Assembly: GCA_964562805.1 (NCBI GenBank)
Contig: CAZLUT010000001.1
Span: 32,574 to 96,573, forward strand
Direction: 5' to 3'
Source: an uncultured bacterium
Lineage (GTDB): Bacteria > Omnitrophota > Omnitrophia > Omnitrophales > CAZLUT01
DNA: 64,000 nt
Shown: one piece after another, positions 46,910-55,509 of the stretch
Layout: the number at the start of each line of letters is the position of its first letter
How positions within the stretch are numbered: the stretch's first letter is position 1
Notes under the pieces: generated by a model
Databases searched by the model: none
What the model was told of the DNA's origin: nothing
The model's input: only the letters and a program-made list of their open reading frames with translations
Position numbers and translations under genes: made by a program

Positions 46910-47877
46910 GACCGCAAACAACTTTTATAGCGATACTTGTCGCAGCCGTGCTTTTAGTCGTAGGCAATGCTTTCTATATTATTCCTGAAGGCAAACAGGC
47001 GATTATTGTCCAGTTTGGTGAGCCCATGGGAGCGCCAAAAACAGAAGCCGGTCTTAATACAAAGATCCCTTTTATCCAACAAGTTCGTTATTTTGAAAAG
47101 CGTATCTTGCAGTGGAATGGATCTCCTAATGAGATTCCGACACGGGATAAAAAGTTTATTTGGGTCGATGCTGTTGCAAGGTGGAAAATTAAAGATTCGC
47201 TTAAATTCATGCAGGCGGTTGCCACCGAGTCATATGCCCGTTCCAGGCTCGATGATATTATTGATAACGCGGTTAGAGATACTGTCTCACGTTATCCTCT
47301 TGTGGAAGTTGTCAGAAATACCAATGATATTTTTAAAGAAAAGGGTATTTATGACACCGCGAAGGAAGGCGAGGATGATATTTCGATCGATCAGGATTTA
47401 ACTCGTATTAAAGTGGGACAAGAAAAAATCCTTGGGATGATATTTGATCAAGCCAAGGGAGCAACCGAAACGCTTGGTATTGAGCTGATTGACGTTCGCT
47501 TTCGCCGTATCAATTATATTGATTCCGTAAGACAAAAAGTTTTTGAAAGAATGATCTCTGAGCGCGAAAGAGCCGCAGCTACGCTCCGCTCACAAGGACA
47601 AGGGGCAAAAGCCGAAATCGAAGGTCAAAGAGAAAAAGATCTAAAGCAGATCCGTTCAGAAGCTTACAAAAAGGCCCAGGAGATAAAAGGTAAGGCAGAT
47701 GCAGAGGCAGCCGGTATTTATGCCGCTTCGTATAACCAGGATCCCGAATTTTATTCCTTATGGAAAAGTTTAGATTCTTATAGAGAAACTTTGCCCGGAA
47801 GCTCCACCGTTCTTCTTTCTACTGATAATGAATACTTCCAGTACCTTAAGTCGCAAAAAGAAGGTTTGGGAACCTAA
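46906..47877 (+). CDS. hflC: FtsH modulator HflC
   Basis: T.DKK, VFERMISER, RSQG.G, DPEFY...SL.SY. Confidence 0.95.
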   Translation: MRPQTTFIAILVAAVLLVVGNAFYIIPEGKQAIIVQFGEPMGAPKTEAGLNTKIPFIQQVRYFEKRILQWNGSPNEIPTRDKKFIWVDAVARWKIKDSLKFMQAVATESYARSRLDDIIDNAVRDTVSRYPLVEVVRNTNDIFKEKGIYDTAKEGEDDISIDQDLTRIKVGQEKILGMIFDQAKGATETLGIELIDVRFRRINYIDSVRQKVFERMISERERAAATLRSQGQGAKAEIEGQREKDLKQIRSEAYKKAQEIKGKADAEAAGIYAASYNQDPEFYSLWKSLDSYRETLPGSSTVLLSTDNEYFQYLKSQKEGLGT

Positions 47878-49279
47878 AGCCGGCAACACTAAAGCTTCGG
47901 GCTTTATCGCTTCTTTTCTTTCCGAGCTCCCACAAGACTTAAAAGTTACAAGTCTTGATTGGACTGATCCCTCGTATCTATTTGAAAAACTATCTTCTAA
48001 TAACCCTCTAATTTTTTTAGACGCCGCCTCCAGCCAAAAAGAGCTGCCCCGTTCTTTTATTGCCTGGGATCCTTATCTGTGGGTGCGCGGGAGACATGAC
48101 GGGCTGCTTGTTAAAAGCGAAAGTCAAAAGAGGTGGCTTTTTTTAAAATCGGATAAACCTTATGAATTATTTCGAAATATTTTTCAGAAAATAAAAGTCC
48201 GAATGCCGCGTTGCGAGGCGCTCGGCTCATACGGAGTGTTTCAATATGAAGCAGGCGAGTATTTTGAAAAATTGCCTCCTTGTCTCGAAAAGGACCAGAA
48301 TTATTTTGAATTTATTTTTCCGCGTCAGGTTCTTTGTTTTTACCACGCGGATCAAAAAATAAATTGGTATTCCTTAGGAGAAAATCAGCCTCAATTATCC
48401 GATTGGTTCTTTCGCGCCGGAAAGAGAGATAAAACGAGCAATGTGATTCAGTTAACTCCGCAATTCAGCAAAAAAAAATTTGAATCCATTGTAGAGAGGG
48501 CAAAAGAATATATCGCAAGCGGCGATATCTATCAGGCAAATTTATCTCAGGATTTCTCTTTCCGATTTAAAGGTGACCCCATTTTACTTTATGAGAAATT
48601 GCGGCGCCTTAACCCTTCGCCCTTTTCTTCATTTATGCGTCTTCATGATGCAGTTGTTATCAGCTCTTCTCCTGAATTATTAGTCAGAAAAAAAGGAGAT
48701 AGCTGTTTCACAAGACCTATTGCGGGGACAAGACCTCGGGGAAACACGCTTAAAAAAACGAAAAAGCTTTCCAGGAACCTTCTTTTGAGCCCTAAGGAGC
48801 GGGCTGAACATTTAATGCTACTGGACTTGGAGCGGAACGATTTGGGACGTGTTTGCCGTTATGGGTCCGTTAAGGTTGAAGAACAAATGGTCTTGGAGCA
48901 GTATTCTCATGTAATTCATATCGTTTCACAAGTTATCGGAAAAATGCGGGCGGGAGAGGACGTTTTTGGTCTTATTAGAGCGCTTTTTCCTGGCGGAACA
49001 ATTACTGGCTGTCCCAAGATTCGCTCAATGGAAATTATTCATGAGTTAGAATCGAAGCCCCGCGAATTTTATACGGGGTCACTGGGCTTTTTGAGTTTTT
49101 CAGGGGAGGCGGTATTCAATATTATCATTCGCACTATTGTGCTTAAAGGTAATCGGGGATCGCTTCGAGTCGGAGCCGGTATTGTAGCAGACTCGAACCC
49201 GTCGAGAGAATATTGGGAGACAATTCAAAAAGGAAAGGCGATGTTTAGCGCATTGGGCGTGGGAGCGCCCAAGCGCTAG
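47828..49279 (+). CDS. pabB: Chorismate-binding enzyme, probably aminodeoxychorismate synthase component I
   Basis: GDIYQANLS, SSSPE, RPIAGTRPRG, KERAEHLML.DLERNDLG, FPGGTITGCPK. Context (class IV PLP enzyme, folC) favours PabB over TrpE. Start uncertain. Confidence 0.8.
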   Translation: MNTSSTLSRKKKVWEPKAGNTKASGFIASFLSELPQDLKVTSLDWTDPSYLFEKLSSNNPLIFLDAASSQKELPRSFIAWDPYLWVRGRHDGLLVKSESQKRWLFLKSDKPYELFRNIFQKIKVRMPRCEALGSYGVFQYEAGEYFEKLPPCLEKDQNYFEFIFPRQVLCFYHADQKINWYSLGENQPQLSDWFFRAGKRDKTSNVIQLTPQFSKKKFESIVERAKEYIASGDIYQANLSQDFSFRFKGDPILLYEKLRRLNPSPFSSFMRLHDAVVISSSPELLVRKKGDSCFTRPIAGTRPRGNTLKKTKKLSRNLLLSPKERAEHLMLLDLERNDLGRVCRYGSVKVEEQMVLEQYSHVIHIVSQVIGKMRAGEDVFGLIRALFPGGTITGCPKIRSMEIIHELESKPREFYTGSLGFLSFSGEAVFNIIIRTIVLKGNRGSLRVGAGIVADSNPSREYWETIQKGKAMFSALGVGAPKR

Positions 49280-49377
49280 TAATTAGTGGATAGTCGTTAG
49301 TGAATAGTGATAAGAAGTTAAAGTGTCTACGGCGTTTAACTGACCACTAGCCGCTATCAGCTAACCACTGGCAGTAT

Positions 49378-50166
49378 GTGATTATGAAAAAAGGTAATTT
49401 AACAATTCCAATACAAAGCGCGCTTGAAGAAGAGGTGTCGGTATTTGAGACAATGAGAAGTTACAGCGGTACTATTATTGGTTTTGATGAACATATCGAA
49501 CGTATTCAAGAATCCGCGAAAACAATTGGCCTACCCTTCAAACTTAAAGCTGCTGAACTCAAAAGTCAGATTAAAATGGAGCTTAAAAATTTTGGCGGAA
49601 GGAATGCTGTTATTCGGCCCACTGTTTTTAAATCGGGAATTAAATTTTTTATCTCCAAACCCCGCTTAATTGATCCGAAGTTTTACGAAAAGGGCGTTGA
49701 GGTGGCCACATCCGCCGCGAGACTTTCACCCGTGAACGCCGCACCCGTGGGCGCTAAATCTAATTTTTACGGACCGCAGGCTCTGAGCTACCTGACGCAT
49801 CTTAGAAATTATTTTGAAATAATGTATTTAGATTCAGATGGTTTTGTGGGCGAGCTTCAAATTAATAATATTTTTCTTATTAAAAATAATATTTTAAAAA
49901 CACCGCCCGCTGTTCACATCTTGAATGGAGTAACAAGACGGCTTGTGCTAAACTTGGCTGAACAAGTTCCAATAGAAGTGATGGAAACACCATTGACTCG
50001 ACATGATTTTTATAATGCCGATGAATGCTTTTTAACAAATTCAATCGTAGAAATCATGCCGGTAATTAAAATTGACGGCCGCCTTATTGGATCCGGTAAG
50101 CCCGGTCAGTTAACAAAGCGTTTAAGAAAACACTATCAGGAAGTTATTCAAAGGAGTTCCGTATGA
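49378..50166 (+). CDS. Class IV PLP enzyme (aminodeoxychorismate lyase PabC or branched-chain aminotransferase)
   Basis: FETMR, EH.ER, GAKS catalytic Lys, IL.GVTR, ADECFLTNS. Confidence 0.88.
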   Translation: MIMKKGNLTIPIQSALEEEVSVFETMRSYSGTIIGFDEHIERIQESAKTIGLPFKLKAAELKSQIKMELKNFGGRNAVIRPTVFKSGIKFFISKPRLIDPKFYEKGVEVATSAARLSPVNAAPVGAKSNFYGPQALSYLTHLRNYFEIMYLDSDGFVGELQINNIFLIKNNILKTPPAVHILNGVTRRLVLNLAEQVPIEVMETPLTRHDFYNADECFLTNSIVEIMPVIKIDGRLIGSGKPGQLTKRLRKHYQEVIQRSSV

Positions 50167-51749
50167 AAAATTTGATACCGATTAGACGAGCATTAGTAAG
50201 CGTTTCAGACAAAACAGGCTTGGTAGACTTTTCAAAAGTCTTAGCGTCATTTAAAACGCAGATTATTTCTACGGGCGGCACTTTAAAAGCCTTGAAAGAG
50301 GCGGGTTTGCCGGCGATTTCTATAACAGACGTCACCGGGTTTCCTGAGATTTTAGACGGTAGGGTCAAAACACTGCATCCTAAGATCCACGGCGGGCTTC
50401 TTTATCTGAGGGAAAATGAAAAACACAGCGATACCGTTAAGAAAGAGGGGATTGAGCCAATTGATTTGGTTTGCGTTAATCTCTATCCTTTCGAAAAAAC
50501 AGTCGAGAAAGTTGGCGTGACCTTAGAGGAAGCGATCGAAAATATTGATATCGGAGGCCCCAGTATGCTGAGAAGTGGGGCAAAGAATTATCAGTCAGTC
50601 GTTGTCATCTCAGACCCCAGTGATTACGCTGAGCTAATCGAAGAGTTGAACCGAAACGAAGGAAAGATTTCGGTTGAAACCTCTAAAAAGCTTGCGGTTA
50701 AAGTGTTTGCCAAAACTCATCAGTATGATGGGGCGATTGCACGCTTCCTGAAAGACAAGCTTGCTGGGGAAAACCCGGAAGGTGCGCTCCCTGAGAGTTT
50801 CGCGTTCGGAATGAGAAAAAAAGCCGGTCTCAGATACGGCGAAAACCCTCATCAAGCCGCGTCTCTATATGAGCCTTGCGGAGGAGTGAAAGTTAAATTT
50901 GATCAGCTTCACGGCAAAGAACTCTCTTTTAATAATTTAATGGATTTGGACGCAGCCCTTGATATTTTAGATGAGTTTCGGGATTCGCCCACAGCTTGTG
51001 TGATTAAACATAATAATCCATGCGGCATCGGAAGTTCAGATAATCTTCCGGATGCCTTATCAAAAGCGATTGATTCTGATCCGCTTTCCTCGTTTGGGGG
51101 CATTGTGGGGCTGAACGGGATTTGCGATGAGAAAACTGTGAAAGTTTTAACAAGTAAACTCGGGTTTATCGAAATTGTCTTGGCACCTGATTTTACGAGC
51201 GAGGCTTTAGCAGAACTTCAAAAGAAAAAGAATTTAAGGATTTTAAAAATTAAAGAACCTAAAACTAGCTCCGGGCAAAATTACCAGTTTCGTTTTACTC
51301 GTCTCGGTGTTTTGGTTCAAGATCAAGACGCGCCCATTAGCCTCACTGTTAAAGATATTAAATCAGAATGGAAAGTTCCTACTAAAAAACAGCTGGAAGA
51401 GAAAGATTGGGAAGAGCTGCTTTTTGCGTGGAAATGTTCTAAGCTTGTGAAGTCAAATGCGATCGTTCTTACCAAAGATAAAGGTACCGTAGGTATCGGT
51501 GCGGGGCAAATGAGCCGGGTTGACTCGGTTAGAATCTCATGCGAAAAAGCAGGTGAGAAGACCAAAGGTTCTTTTATGGGAAGTGACGCCTTTTTTCCGA
51601 TGCCGGACAACATTGAGCTTGCCGCTAAACATGGTATTAAGGCAATCGCCCAGCCAGGCGGTTCCATTAAAGACGAAGATGTTGTTAAAGCCTGCGATAA
51701 GCTTGGCATTGCGATGGTGTTTACAGGAAAAAGGCATTTTAGACATTAG
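50163..51749 (+). CDS. purH: Bifunctional AICAR transformylase/IMP cyclohydrolase
   Basis: RALVSVSDKTG, GRVKTLHP, YGENPHQ, KHNNPCG, SDAFFP, RHFRH. Confidence 0.98.
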   Translation: MKNLIPIRRALVSVSDKTGLVDFSKVLASFKTQIISTGGTLKALKEAGLPAISITDVTGFPEILDGRVKTLHPKIHGGLLYLRENEKHSDTVKKEGIEPIDLVCVNLYPFEKTVEKVGVTLEEAIENIDIGGPSMLRSGAKNYQSVVVISDPSDYAELIEELNRNEGKISVETSKKLAVKVFAKTHQYDGAIARFLKDKLAGENPEGALPESFAFGMRKKAGLRYGENPHQAASLYEPCGGVKVKFDQLHGKELSFNNLMDLDAALDILDEFRDSPTACVIKHNNPCGIGSSDNLPDALSKAIDSDPLSSFGGIVGLNGICDEKTVKVLTSKLGFIEIVLAPDFTSEALAELQKKKNLRILKIKEPKTSSGQNYQFRFTRLGVLVQDQDAPISLTVKDIKSEWKVPTKKQLEEKDWEELLFAWKCSKLVKSNAIVLTKDKGTVGIGAGQMSRVDSVRISCEKAGEKTKGSFMGSDAFFPMPDNIELAAKHGIKAIAQPGGSIKDEDVVKACDKLGIAMVFTGKRHFRH

Positions 51750-51755
51750 TCAGTT

Positions 51756-51839
51756 AACCCCGCCTAACCTCCCCTTAAATTAAGGGGAGGGAATCTATAG
51801 ACAATCTCCCCTCTTAGCTTAAGAGGGGCTGGGGGAGTT
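51756..51839. repeat. Double-hairpin REP-like element
   Basis: cctccccttaa-a-ttaaggggagg and cccctctta-gct-taagagggg hairpins between purH and folC. Confidence 0.7.
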
Positions 51840-51842
51840 ATT

Positions 51843-53192
51843 ATGAATTACAAATCAGCCATTAAACTTCTAAATTCCTTCGATAATTTTGAAAAATTAA
51901 AAAATCCCTCTAAAAATCGTTTTTTAAATTTAGATCGAATTTGCTATGCCTTAAAAGTATTGGGCAGCCCCGAGAAACAATATCCTGCTATTTTGGTCGG
52001 TGGAACTAATGGAAAGGGATCAACCGCCTTTTATTTATCCGAAGTTTTAAAAGAATCCGGCTATAAAGTAGGGCTTTATACTTCACCTCACTTGGAGGAT
52101 GTGAGAGAAAGAATGAGAGTCGGAAACCGGCCGATCTCAGAAAATAATTTCACTCGCTGGAGCGCTGAGCTTTCAAAAAAAATTACTCAAAACCCATTAC
52201 CTCAGGAATTAGGCCGTCTTACCTATTTTGAATGGTTGACCCTAATAGCTTTTTCTTTTTTTAAAAGCCAAAAAGTTAATATCGCGATTCTTGAAGTTGG
52301 AATGGGGGGCCGGAGGGACGCGACTAATTGCGTGAGTCCACTGCTAACTTTATTAACACCTATTAGCTTGGATCACACCCGCGAACTTGGCGTTTCGCTT
52401 TCAAAAATTGCTAAAGAAAAATCTTACTTAATTCATCATAGGAGGCCTTTGCTTTTAGCTAAACAAGCGGTAAGTGCCAGAAAAGTTTTGCTGGCCCGGG
52501 CGCAAAAAGAGAAAGCCCCGGTTTATGAAGAGGGTAAGAGTTTTTTATGGGATTTCGAAGAATTTGAAGAAAAGGGAAAAGTTATTTTAAAATGGCTCTG
52601 GGAATCTAAAAATTTGAAAATTCAAAAAGAACTCCAAGGCAAACCAGCTTACTTGCTTCAAAATATATCTTTAGCCATAAAAGCCCTCGAACTTCTTAGG
52701 AATAAGTATAAGTTTAAAAAGATCTCTCTAAAAAAGGCAATTTCTGTTGTTGAAGAAAAAATTTGGGCAGGGAGATTTGAAATTGTCAGAAAAAAACCAG
52801 CTATTCTACTCGATGGGGTTCATAATCCGGCTAGTGCGGCGGCTTTTTCCCGTGCCGTTTTAAATCTGTATAAAAAGAAAAAAAGAATATTAATTTTCGG
52901 AGTATCTTCTGATAAAAATATGACCGATATTTTAAAGCAGCTTAAAAATATTGAGCCAAAACTTTTTATAGCGACCCGATTTAATAATCCACGAGCCGCC
53001 TCACTCGCTCAAATTTCAAAAATTGCTAAGCCAAAATTTGAAAAAATCCAACAAACCAAAATTTTGAAAGACGCGTTAAAGCTTGCCCTTAAAAGAGCTG
53101 TTAAAGACGATTTGATTATTATCTGCGGTTCTCTTTATTTGGTGGGGGAAGCCAGACGGCTTCTAAAGAAGCCGTCAGTGAATAGTGGTTAG
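51843..53192 (+). CDS. folC: Folylpolyglutamate synthase/dihydrofolate synthase
   Basis: GTNGKGST, YTSPHL, EVGMGGR.DATN, DG.HNP, GSLYLVGE. Confidence 0.96.
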   Translation: MNYKSAIKLLNSFDNFEKLKNPSKNRFLNLDRICYALKVLGSPEKQYPAILVGGTNGKGSTAFYLSEVLKESGYKVGLYTSPHLEDVRERMRVGNRPISENNFTRWSAELSKKITQNPLPQELGRLTYFEWLTLIAFSFFKSQKVNIAILEVGMGGRRDATNCVSPLLTLLTPISLDHTRELGVSLSKIAKEKSYLIHHRRPLLLAKQAVSARKVLLARAQKEKAPVYEEGKSFLWDFEEFEEKGKVILKWLWESKNLKIQKELQGKPAYLLQNISLAIKALELLRNKYKFKKISLKKAISVVEEKIWAGRFEIVRKKPAILLDGVHNPASAAAFSRAVLNLYKKKKRILIFGVSSDKNMTDILKQLKNIEPKLFIATRFNNPRAASLAQISKIAKPKFEKIQQTKILKDALKLALKRAVKDDLIIICGSLYLVGEARRLLKKPSVNSG

Positions 53193-53265
53193 TAGTTAGT
53201 GGATAGAATATGTATACTAGGGACCTATTACTAAATACTAATGACTAAATACTAACGACTAATTT

Positions 53266-54651
53266 ATGCCGAAACTACATTTTGATGACACGATTACAGC
53301 TTTAGCGACTCCTCCAGGGGAAGGAGGTGTGGCAATTATTCGCCTGAGCGGTCCTGATTCTCTCTCTATTATTCAGAAGCTTTTTGTGTTTTCGGGCGGA
53401 GCCCCGGCAAGACCTTTAAACCCCCAGAGAGTGAATCATGGGTATCTCGTTTCATACAGTAAAGAAAAATTAGATGAGGTTCTTGTTACTTATTTTAAAA
53501 AACCCCACTCTTATACAGGAGAAGATGTTGTTGAAATAAGCTGTCACGGGGGAATGCGGGTTAGTAAAGCGCTTATCGAATTATTAATTCATGAAGGCGC
53601 TAGACTTGCCGAACCGGGTGAATTCACGCGGCGCGCTTTCCTAAATGGTAAGCTCGATTTGGTTCAAGCGGAGGCTGTTTTGGATGTTGTTAAGGCTAAA
53701 ACAGACGCCTCACTGGAACAAGCCGAGAAACAATTACGAGGTGAACTCTCCAAGCTTTTTGGAGAGCTTCGGAGCGGATTGATTGATCTTAAGGCCGAAA
53801 TAGAAGCGGCTATTGATTTTCCGGAAGATGATAAGGAGGTTTCCGAAAAACCAAATTATGAAAAAATTTTGGATGATTCTGCAGGAAAAATTGAATCCCT
53901 TCTTAAAACTCACGGGAAAGGAAGTTTTTTAAGAGACGGGCTTGTCATTGCCTTAACCGGAAAACCTAACACAGGTAAATCTTCACTTCTAAATAAATTG
54001 CTTCAAAAAGAAAGAGCCATTGTTACCGATATTCCCGGTACTACGAGGGATACTATCGAAGAGTGGGTTGAAATCGGCGGTTTTCCCGTCAAGCTGATTG
54101 ATACAGCCGGTATTACCAAGACACGGGACCCCGTAGAGCGTATCGGGGTTGAAAGAACAAAAGAAGCCCTCAAAGAAGCTCATCTTGTACTAATCTTATT
54201 GGACGGCTCGGGCAGTTATGATTCTAAAGATGAGGCGCTTTTCCGAGAAATCCCAAATACTAAAGAAAAGATTATTTGTATCGCAAAATCGGATTTGCCC
54301 GAAAAGATTAAGCTGCCAAAAAAACTAATGCAGGATGATTCGCTTTTAAGAATTTCTTCGATTTCTGACCAAGGGCTGGACCAGTTAGAAAACCGCCTCC
54401 TCTCTTTCTTGGATGAAGGCCATATTCCAGGGGAAAGTTTATTAATTACAAATGCAAGGCATTCAGAATGTTTAAGACGAGCCTTACAGGCTATTAGAAA
54501 AGTGAAAAAGGGCCTTAAAGGGAACCTTTCATTAGAATTTGTAGCTGATGATTTAAAGCTGGCTCTGGATGCAATTGGTGAAGTGGTGGGAGAGGTTTAT
54601 ACGGAAGATTTATTGGGCGTTATTTTTAGCAAGTTTTGTATAGGGAAGTAA
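53266..54651 (+). CDS. mnmE: tRNA modification GTPase MnmE
   Basis: DTI.A.ATP, GEFTRRAFLNGK, GKPNTGKSS, DTAG, FCIGK C-terminus. Confidence 0.98.
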   Translation: MPKLHFDDTITALATPPGEGGVAIIRLSGPDSLSIIQKLFVFSGGAPARPLNPQRVNHGYLVSYSKEKLDEVLVTYFKKPHSYTGEDVVEISCHGGMRVSKALIELLIHEGARLAEPGEFTRRAFLNGKLDLVQAEAVLDVVKAKTDASLEQAEKQLRGELSKLFGELRSGLIDLKAEIEAAIDFPEDDKEVSEKPNYEKILDDSAGKIESLLKTHGKGSFLRDGLVIALTGKPNTGKSSLLNKLLQKERAIVTDIPGTTRDTIEEWVEIGGFPVKLIDTAGITKTRDPVERIGVERTKEALKEAHLVLILLDGSGSYDSKDEALFREIPNTKEKIICIAKSDLPEKIKLPKKLMQDDSLLRISSISDQGLDQLENRLLSFLDEGHIPGESLLITNARHSECLRRALQAIRKVKKGLKGNLSLEFVADDLKLALDAIGEVVGEVYTEDLLGVIFSKFCIGK

Positions 54652-54739
54652 TAGGGTCTTAGATCTAAGAACTAAGATCGAAGGGATCTCTCGGTTCTTA
54701 GTTCTCAGTTTCCAGCCCTTAGCGACGAAAGGAGCATAT

Positions 54740-54919
54740 ATGAGAATGAATCGTAAAAAAGCCGGCACACTTGCTTGGCTTTTAGGAATTTTTGGACTGT
54801 TGGGCATTGCGGGAATTTTATTTAATTTTCTTCCTTTCTGGTACGGCGTTTTTTTGGCTGTTTCTTGTTTCGGCTTATTAATCATTACGGTTGCCTGTAT
54901 TTATTTTTACTGGAAATAG
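54740..54919 (+). CDS. Small two-TM membrane protein (59 aa), absent from the supplied ORF track
   Basis: RBS aaggag before ATG 54740. Translation MRMNRKKAGTLAWLLGIFGLLGIAGILFNFLPFWYGVFLAVSCFGLLIITVACIYFYWK. Confidence 0.7.
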   Translation: MRMNRKKAGTLAWLLGIFGLLGIAGILFNFLPFWYGVFLAVSCFGLLIITVACIYFYWK

Positions 54920-55026
54920 CGGTTTTTTACTTTTTTAGCGTTTCTCCAATGACAGCTTGGAATTTTAGCTGGTACAATATAGGTAAATAATTAGCAGAAA
55001 ACCTATTTCTGCAGAAGAGGTGAACC

Positions 55027-55476
55027 GTGATGAATGACACCCCGAAAGACAGATCAATTAATCTCACTGAAAATACCGATCAAAAAAAGGAGCAAACCCG
55101 ATTGACCAAGAAAAAAATATTAATTATCGAAGATGAAGATAGTACGAGTAAATTTCTTTCATTCCGTTTAGAAAAGTTAAATTTTGAGATCTTAACCGCT
55201 CAAGATGGACAGCGCGGGCTTAAACTTGCTGAGTCTGAAGCGCCGGACTTGATCATTCTGGATCTTATGCTGCCCAAGCTGCCGGGTGAAGAGATTTGCC
55301 GGTCGATAAAGGATAGTCATAATGAAAACCTGGCTGCTATCCCTATCATTGTTGTGACTGCCAAAGACTCCATTGTTGATAAAGTTTTTGGTAAAGCGGT
55401 TGGAGCCGATGCTTACATTACAAAACCTTTTAATTTTGAAGGGCTTCTAAAAGAAATAAACCGTTTTATTAGTTAG
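55027..55476 (+). CDS. Single-domain response regulator
   Basis: ILIIEDE, PDLIILDLMLP, VVTA, GADAYITKPF. Start uncertain. Confidence 0.93.
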   Translation: MMNDTPKDRSINLTENTDQKKEQTRLTKKKILIIEDEDSTSKFLSFRLEKLNFEILTAQDGQRGLKLAESEAPDLIILDLMLPKLPGEEICRSIKDSHNENLAAIPIIVVTAKDSIVDKVFGKAVGADAYITKPFNFEGLLKEINRFIS

Positions 55477-55509
55477 ATTACTAATCAAAAAAAAGACTGG
55501 AATATCGGG

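Noticed and set aside
45875-47877. HflKC as the processing machinery for the giant proteins
   Set aside because: Ordinary housekeeping pair 23 kb away, not itself a protease; nothing links it to the locus.
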